A stretch of 63,987 bases of DNA, filler included, from Collodictyon triciliatum (GCA_043381765.1; 5 parts of 5 records of this genome joined end to end with filler, not necessarily neighbours in it); one strand, 5' to 3'; shown: positions 43,930 through 59,162, counted from the first letter of the whole stretch. Notes: a model not told the origin generated them from the sequence alone. Translations and numbers: made by a program.

Positions 43930-46900
43930 ATGAGCTTCGAGCGGCGTAGCAGCAGCAGCAGCAGCAGCAGCGAGGGCGAGACAACCAGCAGGAGCAGTGA
44001 CAGCTCAGAAGAGAGTGGAGGTATTAGGCATGAGATAGCTCGGGTTTTATCCAACTCAAACCCACCCCTTATTCCAACCCCGGACGTCGATGTTTCACCG
44101 GAAATACCCCCACCAAGCTACACAACCCTTACAGCAGCAATTCTCAACACAAGCAATGCGATCCTTGGGGGTGGCGTTCTGGCCCTCCCTTTTTGCATGA
44201 AGGTATTGTTGAGTGCAGCTCTATTTGTTTCTAATATTTGTTTTTGTCTTTCATAATGCTCTCTTTTGTCCCTTTCATTTTCTTTTGCTCTTAACCATTG
44301 CGCTTGTAATGATGTTTTCCTTTTGCCCCCATACCTTCGTATCCAAGATCCGTCACATATATCATATTCCTCGATCTGTAGCGATGAATTACATAATGAT
44401 GGGATTCACACTTAACTTTTCATTCAAAGTCTTATCATTTTGTGTCTTTGAACATGGAATTTATTCTTAAAAAATAATAGTAAAATAGCAATCGTCAATT
44501 AATTATTATTATTTATTTTTTTAAAAAAAAGACTGATAATGAATCCAAGTGGGTTTTGCTAACTGAGTCAAATATGTAGTTGGTCGGGCTATTCTTCGGT
44601 ATTTACCTACTGATTTTCATATCCATCGTGGCAAAATATGCATATTGGTTACTGCATAAATGCTGCACAAGGGCATATCAGACATCTTATGGACAGGTGT
44701 TTCTATTTCACAATCCGAACAAAAAATGGTTAAATTACACACTATGAAAATAAACAATTGCTTAAGCATTATTTTTTTCACCTCTGTGTCAACCTCTTTC
44801 ATCACATTAATCAAATAATAATAGTCGAAAGCCAAGTTCATATAATATTTTAAGATTTTAGTAATGGTGCTTAATTTGCGATTGAAAATTAATATTAATG
44901 CGGATACTACTTGAAGCAATTTCTAAAAATGCATATCACTATTTATTTCACTCTTGTTTTTTGACAGGTTGCACTATACCATTTGGGCCCAAGGGTAGCC
45001 GTTATGGTCATGTTAATTCAAGTTATATACCCTTTTGGTGTAATAACGGCGTATCATATAAGTATTTATCTGACATCAATTTACTATCATAATTGAGATT
45101 TTAAAACAGTTTTGGCGTTTCTGTTTTGAATGAAAGCAGCTTTCTCATGCTCAAATGAATTGTAGTCATCAAGCAAAATATGGAGAGGATTGTCTCAGAT
45201 TTGATTGGTCCTGACTCTCGCATAAGTGGAGATATCATTCTAATTCTAATAGATGTTCGTTTTGAAAAGATACACATATATCCGTTTATTGAATCTAATT
45301 AAGTTAATGTTATCCGAATAAATTCTACGTCATTTTTCTTGAGTATGGCGTAATGGTAGATGTTTCTTTTTGTCAATTTAATATATTTCTTTGAATTAAC
45401 CCATACTACATGGAACCAGGTTCTTGTAGTTTTGCCGTGGTGTTTGTCGCCCCATGTAGATTCCTTGAAACAAATATCCAGCCTTGTTATCGTCTGTGCT
45501 GTCTTTATCGTCCTTGTTGTATTTGGAAAATCAATGGAATCTGATGCTGTTCGAAGCACTAATTGGGAAGATATTGAAAAGGTGTTTATCCTTTAATACC
45601 TTGCGCATATATATATATTAGGAGATAACTAAGAAATAACTCATTTATTCAATAGGTCAAGTTCACATCGGATTTCTTTGTTGCTTTGCCCATCTTTGTA
45701 TTTTCCTTCAACTGTAGCAGCCAAGTAATTTCTTCTCTTTCTCATTCACCAATTACGCCACACATTTTAAATTAGTGTTTTTTTTTTAAAAAAAAAGAAT
45801 TAAGCATTAAAAAAAGACCAGTTTATTTCAATTTACTCAGAGTTGAGGCCACCAACCTCGGATGCGATTGCCAAAAGGTTGATTACGTTTCCTCTCGTGA
45901 CGTCGTTGTGTAATGCCTTTATTTGCATACATTTTTTTATTCGTTTGTCTGTATTATTCATTTTTATTTTTGTGAATCAAAACAAGAATATGGAAAGACA
46001 ATTATATCTTAATCATTCTCCAGTGGGATATAAACATACTAATGACTATTTCAGGGCTGTACATTTTGATGGCAACGTTTGGTTATATTGAGTTTGGAGG
46101 TTTTTTCCCCCTCATTTCTCCCCCTTTATTCGATTCAAGGTGTTTTCCTCATAATTTTATATGTCGTCAAGTTGGATTGATGTAATCTGTTTCTCACTAA
46201 ATAGATGAAGTCGAGGAAAATATATTGTCATCTTATGGGGACAACAACGATGGACTTATAAGTAATTATTCATTTCTTTATGCCTTGATGGGGTATATCA
46301 TGTCATCATTCGAATGTTTTTTTCAAAGGGACGACTTGCTTTTATCAATAGCCATCTCTCGATTTTGCTACACGATTGCCATGTCGTTATCCGTACCGAT
46401 AACTTTCCAACCTCTTCGAAACTCACTTGAAAGACTCATATCTTTGTGCAGTCAGGCCGACCCTATACAGTATTTAGAGGTTCACTCCACATAATATAAT
46501 CTAATTACGCATGCTTTATTCTAAAGGACTTTGAAAAAGAGGCTTTTTTTTTTTTTTTTGCAATTTAAAAGTTGCAGTTTATAACATTCGCACTATAATA
46601 TGGAGGGGGTATGAGGGAACAACAATGAAGCATGTAAAAGGATATGCCTCTTGCGTGGTGTAACCCACTATAATAACCTTTTGATGAATCCAGTTGTCTC
46701 TCAATCGCCCAGACGGCAAATTCTTTACAAAAACGTATGGGCTGCCTTTTCGATTCACTGAGGCGTTTAGCATACTCACGCTTTCCTGTGTGGTGGCGAT
46801 CTTCTCACCTAGCTTGATATGGGTACACATTCTGACTATCAAAATCCCACCCATCTTTCCTACCTATATTTGAAAATTAGCAATTTGTTCAAACATTTAA

Positions 46901-47307
46901 TGATTTTCGCCATACATGAAAACAAGGCCTTTGCGCTTAGTGGAGCCATCGGAGCCTCCACACTTTGCTATACTCTCCCTGGGCTGATGTACTTGAAAAC
47001 AATGCCCAAGGCAATAACTTCCCCAACTGAGTGTCGATGCCTTTTATTATAATTGTTGCTATTGCAATCTTCATTGCCACCACAATATATATATATACAT
47101 TTATATTAACGAATATCATGATGAGATACATATTCTATTCAAATTGATCGATTATTTTTTTTTAAAAAAAACCCATACATTCATTAGGTTCCGTGGAGAA
47201 TGAAACTAGGCCCGATGGCGTTGACCATTTTCGGTTTATTTACATGCGTGTCGTGTGTCTTGGTAACTATCTTCTCAATAGCGAACGTCATACAGGCATC
47301 AGACTGA
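43930..47307 (+). CDS. Amino-acid transporter of the SLC38/AAAP (Aa_trans) family
   Basis: AILNTSNAILGGGVLALPFCMK, TSYGQ, VLPWCLSPHVDSLKQISSL, ALPIFVFSFNC, FGYIEFG, SVPITFQPLRNSL and ALSGAIGASTLCYTLPGLMYLK. Stop TGA at 47305-47307. Confidence 0.9.
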
Positions 47308-48228
47308 AGATGTACATACCATCAGAAAACATACCAAGATAAGGGATTGGAAAAATTATGCATGATTCTCTGAAGCTTTTGAGACATTAAAGTTGAAGAT
47401 AATCACCAAAGAACTAACCAAACGACTTGAAGGATGAATTTATTTTCTGCTTTTGTTTTTGTTTTTATTTTTGTTTAAAGTTATGGTATATATTTTAGTA
47501 CATGATGTTAAGGATTACAGGCCTTTGGTGTTGGATTTTATTGAAAGAAGTTAAAATGAGCACACCATATTATTCCTAGTGTTCACCATCCGATTGCGAT
47601 ATATCTTTACTAAGGCCAAAATAACCAAAGGAAGAACAAGAGAAAAGAGAGCAAAACAGGACAAATGCGATACGAAAACCACCTCCGACAAACCTGCTGA
47701 AGGGTTCGAACAGTCTGCTGCATCGATGTAATTATGTGGCTGCAAAATCCCAAATACTGTTGTTCGCCACAATTACAGAAAACCAAANNNNNNNNNNNNN
47801 NNNNNNNNNNNNNNNNNNNNNNNNNNNNNNNNNNNNNNNNNNNNNNNNNNNNNNNNNNNNNNNNNNNNNNNNNNNNNNNNNNNNNNNNNNNNNNNNNNNN
47901 NNNNNNNNNNNNNNNNNNNNNNNNNNNNNNNNNNNNNNNNNNNNNNNNNNNNNNNNNNNNNNNNNNNNNNNNNNNNNNNNNNNNNNNNNNNNNNNNNNNN
48001 NNNNNNNNNNNNNNNNNNNNNNNNNNNNNNNNNNNNNNNNNNNNNNNNNNNNNNNNNNNNNNNNNNNNNNNNNNCCAGATCGACCGAAAAGCATAGTGTT
48101 CTGATTTCACTTGGATGAATAAGAAAAGAGGGAGAAAAATTAAGAAAAAGAGTTGTTTTTGTTTGGCCCAGAGCGTTTTCGCATCAAAGTATTTAAGAGC
48201 TCAAGCATGACCTAAACAATAGCCAAAC

Positions 48229-50610
48229 ATGCAATCTTCACTCCACACGGGCTTTGTCCTTGTTTCCCTTGTCCTTGTGCTTTCTGCTTCTTCTGCTTCA
48301 GCAGCGAAGAAGAACGTCACTTTCTACGACTTTTTTGCCAGGTACGAACACAGCGTTTTTATTCACCCTTTTTATACAGGCAAACGTCACCTTTGATCAC
48401 TCTCTAGAGTCCAGAATGTCTTTTTTTTTTTTTTTAATTCTATATGCGTTTTTTTTTTGTTTTTGTTTTTGTTCTTGTTTCCTGTTTTCTTGTTTTTGGA
48501 ATCTTCAACGTCACAGCAACTGGGAGCTGACTGAAACTTATTCCTCAGAGGGATCTTGGTTCACCGGTAATCATTTTTGATAAAACACTGAGAAGCGCGA
48601 AAGCAAATGTCTCCCATATATTATCTCATTTTTTTCTTTTGATGGTGAACACTGCCACTGATGGCATTGTTATCGAGATATCCTATCCATTCTTTTCATC
48701 TCTGTTATCCGCGAGTAGTGTGTATCATCCCCATTTCCTCTTTTTTTCCATGTTTTCTTTTCCAGAAGAGAAGCCATTTGCGTTCCTTCAGTTGGCCAAA
48801 GATGCGGAAAAGACTTACTTGTTTGGAAATTGGACCACTATGGACGGCGAAACTGTCTTGAAAGCCACACCGGTAAAAATGTAAGATGATTAGCATCAGA
48901 TAAAGGTCACAATAAAAAAAAATCAAAAAGTAAACGATGGAAACTTATTTACAGTACATTATGTAAATCACAAAGATACGGACTTCAAAATTTCCCCCTT
49001 TTCCCCCTATGTTGTTGTTTTCTGTTGTTTTCTGTTTATTATTTTATTTTTAGAGAGTTTGCTAGCCCTAATGCTGGTCGATTCTTGGTTGAGATCGATC
49101 AAGAGAAAAGGACCGAGATTACTAACGATGAAGAATTCGTTGGAGCTGTAAAAATTTTATTATTGTCATTCTTCCTTTCAATTTGTGTTGAAGCTTTTTT
49201 TTTTTTAAAAAAAAAAATGCATACATACACAAATGCATTCAAATGAAATTTTATCTAATGCATTAATTCCTGAGATTCTATTCTCCCTGGAATTTGATAT
49301 TAGGCAACTGAACTTTTGTTTTAGCTCTTTTTTTTTTCTTTTTTTGCGCACATATACTTGAATATAACTAATAAAGTCCCTTTTTGCATAGGAAATTCAC
49401 AAGAAGCTGTTTGAGTTTAACTTTTCACAGTTTGCTCAGAATCTTCTTATGTCATTTGGAAAATGGGCTGTATGTTTCATTATAAACCGCTCTTTGTTGT
49501 TGTTGTTGGTTTTTTTTTTTAATTTGTATCGGATTGTTATATAATTTTTTTTTTAATAAAAAAAAAAGGGACAAACATTAAAACAGAAAATTTCGTAATT
49601 ACCTAACTTTGCGTATTTCACATAAAGATAGTAAAAGAAACAAAATAAATTACTAGAATAAGAGGATATTTAGATATAGACTCATATTTTCCGCCACTTT
49701 TCTTTGATTTTTTGAAATGTTGTGTAACTCGCTTTCGATTTTTCTTTCCTTCTTCTGCCCACAAATTCAAGGAAGATGATAACACAGAGAGTCCTATGCA
49801 ATTAGTTCTTCAGCCCCCGTATTCCTTCCTTATTAATATTTATTCGAGCCAAGAAGGCGAATTGAAGGTATATTTGTATATGCATGTAGTTACTGCTTTA
49901 ATACAACCGGTATACGAACGCCTATGGGATATTTCGTTTCATTTTTTTTATTTGGTCATTTTATTGTTTGAATATTTGTAGGTGGTATTGAGTCGAACGG
50001 GCGCATAATTTCTAGGGTATCTTTCCTCTTTTTTTTCTTTTCTGATTTTTTTTTGTTTTGTTTTGAACCTCTAGATGCGTACGATTGTGGGGAAGAAACA
50101 TGTCAAAAACACGGAAAAGACTTTCTTTGGGCGCTATGGGATATACATCCTTCTTGTTGCGATAATGATCGGTAAACCCTGTTTAAATTACACGCAGCCA
50201 AGTATTTACGAAAATTGGGGAAGATTCTTGCTTCAAAGTCGTAAACTCTGTACTCATCATTACATGTTGGTTCTAAATTCAGGCTCCCGATACCTCCGCT
50301 CAGGATTCCAAACCAAAGCCAACGAGGCTTTGTCATCAGGTTGGAATTTTCACACATTCACACATACACACCCCGATATGATATTTTCATCGTAATTTGA
50401 GAGCCACTATTATGTTTCCTCTTTTTTTTTCATCGTTTTTTTTTTTTTTCCTTTCCCCCTCCAATGGTTACGAATTTTTTTTCTTTAACTTTTTATTTTT
50501 TGGTTCTAAACAATTTGTTGAAATGTGAATGCCTTTATGATATGCGTATAGTGGCCTCCTCACAGACAGCGGCAGCGACAACTGCGAGTACAGCACCAGC
50601 TGGAGAGTAA
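48229..50610 (+). CDS. Secretory-pathway type I single-pass membrane protein with an EMC10-like juxtamembrane segment
   Basis: Signal peptide MQSSLHTGFVLVSLVLVLSASSASA, in-frame GT-AG exons, and C-terminal EKTFFGRYGIYILLVAIMI resembling the EMC10 motif EKSFFAKYWMYI. A short Ala/Thr tail ends at TAA 50608-50610. Confidence 0.65.
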
Positions 50611-51192
50611 GCAATATATCAACAGCGTGAGCATGATTACTAGTCCAGTCAGTTCCCACAGAATCCGCCCAGCCAACTGGCATTGTAGCAGACGAAAAGA
50701 AAAAGAAAAAGAAAAGAGCACATGGACATCGAAAGGCTTCTGCTCACCCAACGAAATGTATTCTAGGAGCAAGAAGACACAGTAGGAGCAGCACTAAAGA
50801 TGGATAAATGGACGGATGGATGAATAGATGGGTGGAGGAAGAGGAGAGCGAGAAACAGAGCGAGGTTGGAGGCAATGACCACTTCGCTTCGCTCCACTCC
50901 AGTTCACACCACGCCACACAACACTAAACGACTAAATCGCACCATACTACGCCACACAACCTGACGAACCTGAATAAACCATAAATTCCAGGATAAGACA
51001 GCCCAATCCACAGCGCGTGTCGCCATGCGTCGTTTGATCCCCACACGCGCTTATATCCCCACACGCAGGCACGAAGCAGCCGAGCACAGCCGCAAGGGCA
51101 ATCAAGCAATCAAGCAATCAAGCAAACAAGCAAGCAAACAAGCAAACAAAGAAACAAACCAAAAATAAAGGCCAGGAGAGACAGAGGAGGCG

Positions 51193-52898
51193 ATGAGCGG
51201 GTGGGACGAATTCTTTGGACAGAGCGTGGAGGAGATCGAGCGTAGCGGGGAGCGGCGACGACTGCGGCTTGTCGGGAAGCGGACGGGAGGGTGGCAGCAG
51301 GTGGAGCTTCTCGAGACAGAGGAGGCCACAGCCACAGCCACAGCCACAGCCACAGCCACAACCCCAGCCACAACCCCAGCCACAGGCACAGGGCGGGCGG
51401 TGGAGTGGCGGGAGGCGGTGCAGCTGGCGTCGAGCGACGTGCTCGGGGTGGGCGGGGAGGCGGAGGTGCGCAGGGCTGCGGCGGAGGGGTGGGGCGGGGG
51501 CGTTGCGTCGGGGGGGTCGCGCCTGATCTGCGGGCACACGGAGGCGCAGGCGGAGGCGGAGGGGCGGCTGGCCGCGTGGCTGGACCGGGACGCCGCGCTT
51601 GTCCTGAGCACCGGCTACATGGCCAACCTGGCCCTCGTCCCGGCCCTCGTGCGCCGCAGCCCCGCCCGCGTCTGCATCTACAGCGACGCCGCCTCGCACG
51701 CCTCCCTCATCGACGCCTGCCGCCTCGCACGCTGCCCCGTCCGCGTCTTCCGCCACAACGACCCGCACCACCTCGCCCGCCTGCTGCGCGACACCTGCGG
51801 GTACGCGTCCCCATATATCTGCGCCCACATATATATATATACAGATACAGATACAGATACAGATACACATCCACATATACACCCGCAGCCCAGAGACCCT
51901 CCCCGTCCTGCTGCTCGAGGGCGTCTACAGCATGGACGGCGACATCTGCAGGCTCACAGAGTTTGCCACGCTCGCCCACCAGTGGGACNNNNNNNNNNNN
52001 NNNNNNNNNNNNNNNNNNNNNNNNNNNNNNNNNNNNNNNNNNNNNNNNNNNNNNNNNNNNNNNNNNNNNNNNNNNNNNNNNNNNNNNNNNNNNNNNNNNN
52101 NNNNNNNNNNNNNNNNNNNNNNNNNNNNNNNNNNNNNNNNNNNNNNNNNNNNNNNNNNNNNNNNNNNNNNNNNNNNNNNNNNNNNNNNNNNNNNNNNNNN
52201 NNNNNNNNNNNNNNNNNNNNNNNNNNNNNNNNNNNNNNNNNNNNNNNNNNNNNNNNNNNNNNNNNNNNNNNNNNNNNNNNNNNNNNNNNNNNNNNNNNNN
52301 NNNNNNNNNNNNNNNNNNNNNNNNNNNNNNNNNNNNNNNNNNNNNNNNNNNNNNNNNNNNNNNNNNNNNNNNNNNNNNNNNNNNNNNNNNNNNNGCGCTG
52401 CCGCCCGCCCTGGCTGCCGCCGCCGCAGAGGCTGTGCGCCTGCTCTCCACGCCGGCCTATGCGCAGCGCCGCGCGACCCTTGCGCTCAGGGCCCACGCCC
52501 TCCGCTCCGGCCTGGCCCGCCTCGGCTTCGACACCGGTCTCTCCGCCACACACATCGTCCCCGTCATCCTCGGCGACAACGCCCTCACCATGCGCGTCGC
52601 CGCAGAGGCTCTCCGCAGGGGCGTCTTTGCCCAGGTTCTCACATTCTTGTCCCATCCACCCATTTCTCTCCCTCTCTTTTCTTCTTCTTTCTTTTGGTCC
52701 GGCCAATCCAGCCCCTCGTCTGTCAAAGCCTGACCCGACCCGTCTGCAGGGCATCCGCTACCCGTCCGTCCCGAAAGGCACCGCCCGCATCCGCCTCGTC
52801 CCTTCCGCCCTTCATTCCGAGAAGGACATCGACTTTGTCCTCTCTGTCTTTGCCTCCATCAAGAGGGACCTCATCGACCCCAGCCCAAAGGTGGGCCT

Positions 52899-52958
<60 letters not shown>

Positions 52959-53022
52959 GTCATCGTCATCATCATCATCATAATCATCACGAGCACTCAT
53001 CCCGCCATTTTGTTAGATGTGA
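51193..53022 (+). CDS. bioF: 8-amino-7-oxononanoate (KAPA) synthase, PLP class II; the segment with the catalytic Lys falls in the N gap 51989-52394
   Basis: GVASGGSRLICG, STGYMANLA, SDAASHASLIDACRL, FRHND, EGVYSMDGD, ALPPA, HIVPVILG and GIRYPSVPKGTARIR. Introns at 51801-51888 and 52635-52750, and probably 52891-53016. Confidence 0.88.
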
Positions 53023-53610
53023 TTTCAAAGTGATGGCAAGCAGATGATATTCAAATCAGGTACCGCTTCCTTTCCTTGTCCTGCTTTCCTTTATCTCTAA
53101 CTGTTTGGCAAAGAGAGAAAAGGGAAGCAAATGAAGACGACATCATCGCTGATGGTTATTTTTTCTCTCCCTTCTTCTTCTTCTTCTTTCCCCGTCAACA
53201 GTTCACCCCTATGAAATCTATTCAAACCAATCAACCAACCAACCAGCCAAGGAGAATACCACTTCACCATAGAGTTACAATATCATACTCGTATTCGCCT
53301 GCCCCCCTCTTTTTTTCTTTTCATCTTCTATTCTATTTTCCCAATCAAGAACAAGAATAAACCGTGATATATTCCCATAATGGCTACGACGCGGACAAAC
53401 CCTGCTAATGTGTCCCCATCGACTCAATTAAGACAGACATTCCCAAACAGCACCAAATGATACCATACACTCACACTAAAAAAATAAAATAAAATAATCA
53501 CCGATTAATTTTCATCTTGTTTTGCCACTACATCGCGCAAACATTGCTTGTAGCAGCGAAAATGCAGTTCAGATATCACACTCATTTATGATAACCAAGA
53601 CGACAGACTC

Positions 53611-54305
53611 TCAGATGTAGTCAAGTTCGGCAGGCACGTTGAATTGTTCATCAAAGACACTAGAGTCCATGTTGAATGTCTGAACGCAGTATTTCTTTAC
53701 AGTATACAGGTTGTCTAGTTACATACATTAGATGATAAAGAGAAAAAAAAATTAAATCAGGCTGACGCTTGGTCTAATAATTATCATGGTACCCTTCTCT
53801 TTTTGAAACAGTAATTAAATAATAGCAAGAGCTTGTCGTTTGTTGTTATTGTCATTATTTCCCCATGATTTTTTTTTTTTTACTGATATAGAAAGAGTAT
53901 AGCTACCTGTCCACCGATTCGCTGCTTCTACAGCAACTTTGGTAGCAGCCTCTGTGATTTATTGTATATTTTTTTTTTTTTTTGTTTGTTGAGTTTCAGA
54001 ATATTCTCTTTTTGTATAGCTGGTTTATGATAAATACTGCGACTTTATTTGAGACATGATTTAATGTCGGAACTTAGGATATAAAAATGATTTGTAAATT
54101 TTACATATTTTTTTCCAATAAAATTCACAAATAAATTCACATTTGAATTATTGTGATTATTCAAACTATGTTGCTTCACCTTTGGCCCGGAAAACTTCTG
54201 GGTCACTGTCCGCAAATCTCTGGACCTCTGCTCTATTCTTCTCCACTTCAACTTCTAACTTCGATAAGACAGCGAGTCTTTCCATTCTCCCCGCCTAAAG
54301 ACCGT

Positions 54306-54403
<98 letters not shown>

Positions 54404-55126
54404 TTAGGTTAAATAATGGTTGAAAAAAAAGTGACATAAAAGCAAATTGTTTCAAGGTGGCGATTTTCTAAACGGAGTAAATGAACCATTTGCATACCGT
54501 TTCTTCTCGTAGCGAACTGGCATCTTCGATTTTCTGCTTCAAGCTTTCTTTCTGAGTTTCAGCCTTCTCTATCTCTTGTGTCAGTTGCTCAATCCTTCTA
54601 CGTCGCTAGAACGATTAAGCATCGGTTCAGAATCTTCAATTAAATTCCCCTCATCTCTCTCCCGTTTGTTTGAAATAAAAATGCCCATCAGAATCGCATA
54701 TATTATGAGTAAGAGATGAATCCAGTACCTTAAGTCCAGCTTGTGAAGGGAACGCCCAAAAGTAATTTGAAATCCCAATTTTATCAAACTCGACCAGATT
54801 ATCATCTTGAAGTGACTGCAAAACCTCTTTGACAGTTTGTTCAACTGGACATACGTAAAGAAAAAAATGTGTAAATAGTTCTGGTTTTTTTATTTTACTT
54901 ATTACATTTCGACATTTCCAAATTTTGATATTGCTTGATATAATGGATGTATTTCAAATCCTAACTAATCCCCTTTAATTTGGGTCCAAGTTTCTCAAGC
55001 TCCTTGAGCGTAAATACTTCTTGCTATTATGCGCGAATAAAACAAAAACAAAAACAAAAACAAAAACAAAAACAAAAACAAAAACAAAAACAAAAACAAA
55101 AACAAAAACAAAAACAAAAAAAAAAA

Positions 55127-55209
<83 letters not shown>

Positions 55210-55684
55210 AACAAAAAAAAACATAAACAAAAAGAAAAGAAAGGAAAAAAAGGATTAGGTACAAAATGTGTCATCAAACTGTGAAGTTGTACCAGTTTCT
55301 CGCAAACAACAAAAGATACGGTATGTACGAATGCTTCAAATAATAACAAAAGTGAATAAATGGCTAGGGTGCTCATAAGACCTTTTCATAGAATATTTCT
55401 AGTAGGCGCTCGCGTTTTTCGTCAAAAGAAAGGCCTTTGCGTTTCGACTTTATTGTATTCAGTTAATAAGGATAAACAAGCATACCATTTGCAACATACA
55501 AAAGATGAAAAAGAGAAAGCCTAGACAAAAAAAAAAAAAATAATCACATACTCTTGTTTTCTCAACCATAGAATATATCCCCAGGAAAACAAAGAAAATC
55601 AAAAAAAAAAGATTGGACAGAAATGAAACTTAAAGAAGGTGAAAAGAAAAAAAGAAGAAAAAATATAGGTGATCTTTATACCAT
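53611..55684 (-). CDS. MND1: Meiotic nuclear division protein 1 (Hop2-Mnd1 complex)
   Basis: M|SKRKGLSFDEKRERLLEIFYEK|QEVFTLKELEKLGPKLKGI|IEQTVKEVLQSLQDDNLVEFDKIGISNYFWAFPS...DSDPE...EAANRWTDNLYTVKKYC...FNVPAELDYI*. The ATG sits alone on the first coding exon (55684 favoured, 55488 alternative). Confidence 0.95.
54307..54403. repeat. (TAT)n microsatellite in an MND1 intron
   Basis: Direct observation. Confidence 0.95.
55039..55207. repeat. (AAAAAC)n followed by poly(A) in an MND1 intron
   Basis: Direct observation. Confidence 0.9.
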
Positions 55685-55967
55685 CCGAGCTGTGTGGTTG
55701 TGTGGATTCGCGTGTTTGTGGACTGGCTTCGGCGGCTGTGGTTGAAGGCAAGAGGGAATCATAAGTATTACACAAAAGACAGGTATTATTGCAGTGCACT
55801 TCTAGTTCCCACACTCACTCTTTCGGCGGTTCGCAGATGTTCTGATTATCATTATTATTTTGAGGGCACTTGGAGAAGAAAAGAAAATACACAGCAAAGA
55901 AGAGAAAGATGCATTTACATAAGAACACGGACACAGCCTTTTTATTCACGTGGGAATCTCTGCCAGT

Positions 55968-56002
<35 letters not shown>

Positions 56003-56068
56003 CCCCCAGGCCACAATCAAAAACTTACCCCACACAAAAAAAAAAAATTTGGAGCAAAAAAACCACAA

Positions 56069-56168
56069 NNNNNNNNNNNNNNNNNNNNNNNNNNNNNNNN
56101 NNNNNNNNNNNNTTAATTAATTAANNNNNNNNNNNNNNNNNNNNNNNNNNNNNNNNNNNNNNNNNNNN
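56069..56168. other. Artificial contig-joining linker
   Basis: N44-TTAATTAATTAA-N44. Confidence 0.95.
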
Positions 56169-56280
56169 AACAGATTAAACAGATTAAACAGATTAAACAG
56201 ATTAAACAGATTAAACAGATTAAACAGATTAAACAGATTAAACAGATTAAACAGATTAAACAGATTAAACAGATTAAACA
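56169..56280. repeat. 9-bp tandem repeat (AACAGATTA) x~12 at contig start
   Basis: Perfect array read directly; truncated by the linker. Confidence 0.95.
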
Positions 56281-56768
56281 GGACGGAACACTATGAAGCT
56301 GGATGAAACATGTTGTCTAATAGAAAAAAGCTGTTCTTCGGCTGAGTGCCATTCTCCTTGCAGTCAATATCTCTGTCATCGGCAGCACGCCCTTAAAAAC
56401 AAGTGGGCACAGGCGACCAGAATAGCTGTTGTCCTAAAACAGAAGGTGGAATTCCTTGTTGGTTATATTAATTTCCCAAAGCATAGAATAACCCATCGAT
56501 ATAACCCGCATGTAGAAAAAGGTAATGGACGCACGCACAAGCGATGAACAATTAGTGCGGGGCCGCGCCACCAAACCGATGTGAAAGAATAGAGACATCT
56601 TGAACGATAGGGATGCCTTTCTTTCAAGGCAGAACAAACAAGCACAGCTTTACTATTAGGCTCGCATCAAAGCAATAAGACACCTCAAAACTCAGCACAA
56701 GACTTTGCCAATAGGTGGATAGTTATACCTGGAGAAGAAATATCTGCTGGGCAAGTCGAAGCAAATCT

Positions 56769-59162
<2,394 letters not shown>

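Noticed and set aside
51102..53047. Long alternative-frame and antisense ORFs over bioF, including a poly-His frame
   Set aside because: Artefacts of high GC content, N runs and the (TCA)n repeat.
54975..55376. Poly-F, poly-K and KQ-repeat ORFs in the ORF track
   Set aside because: Translations of intronic simple repeats inside MND1.
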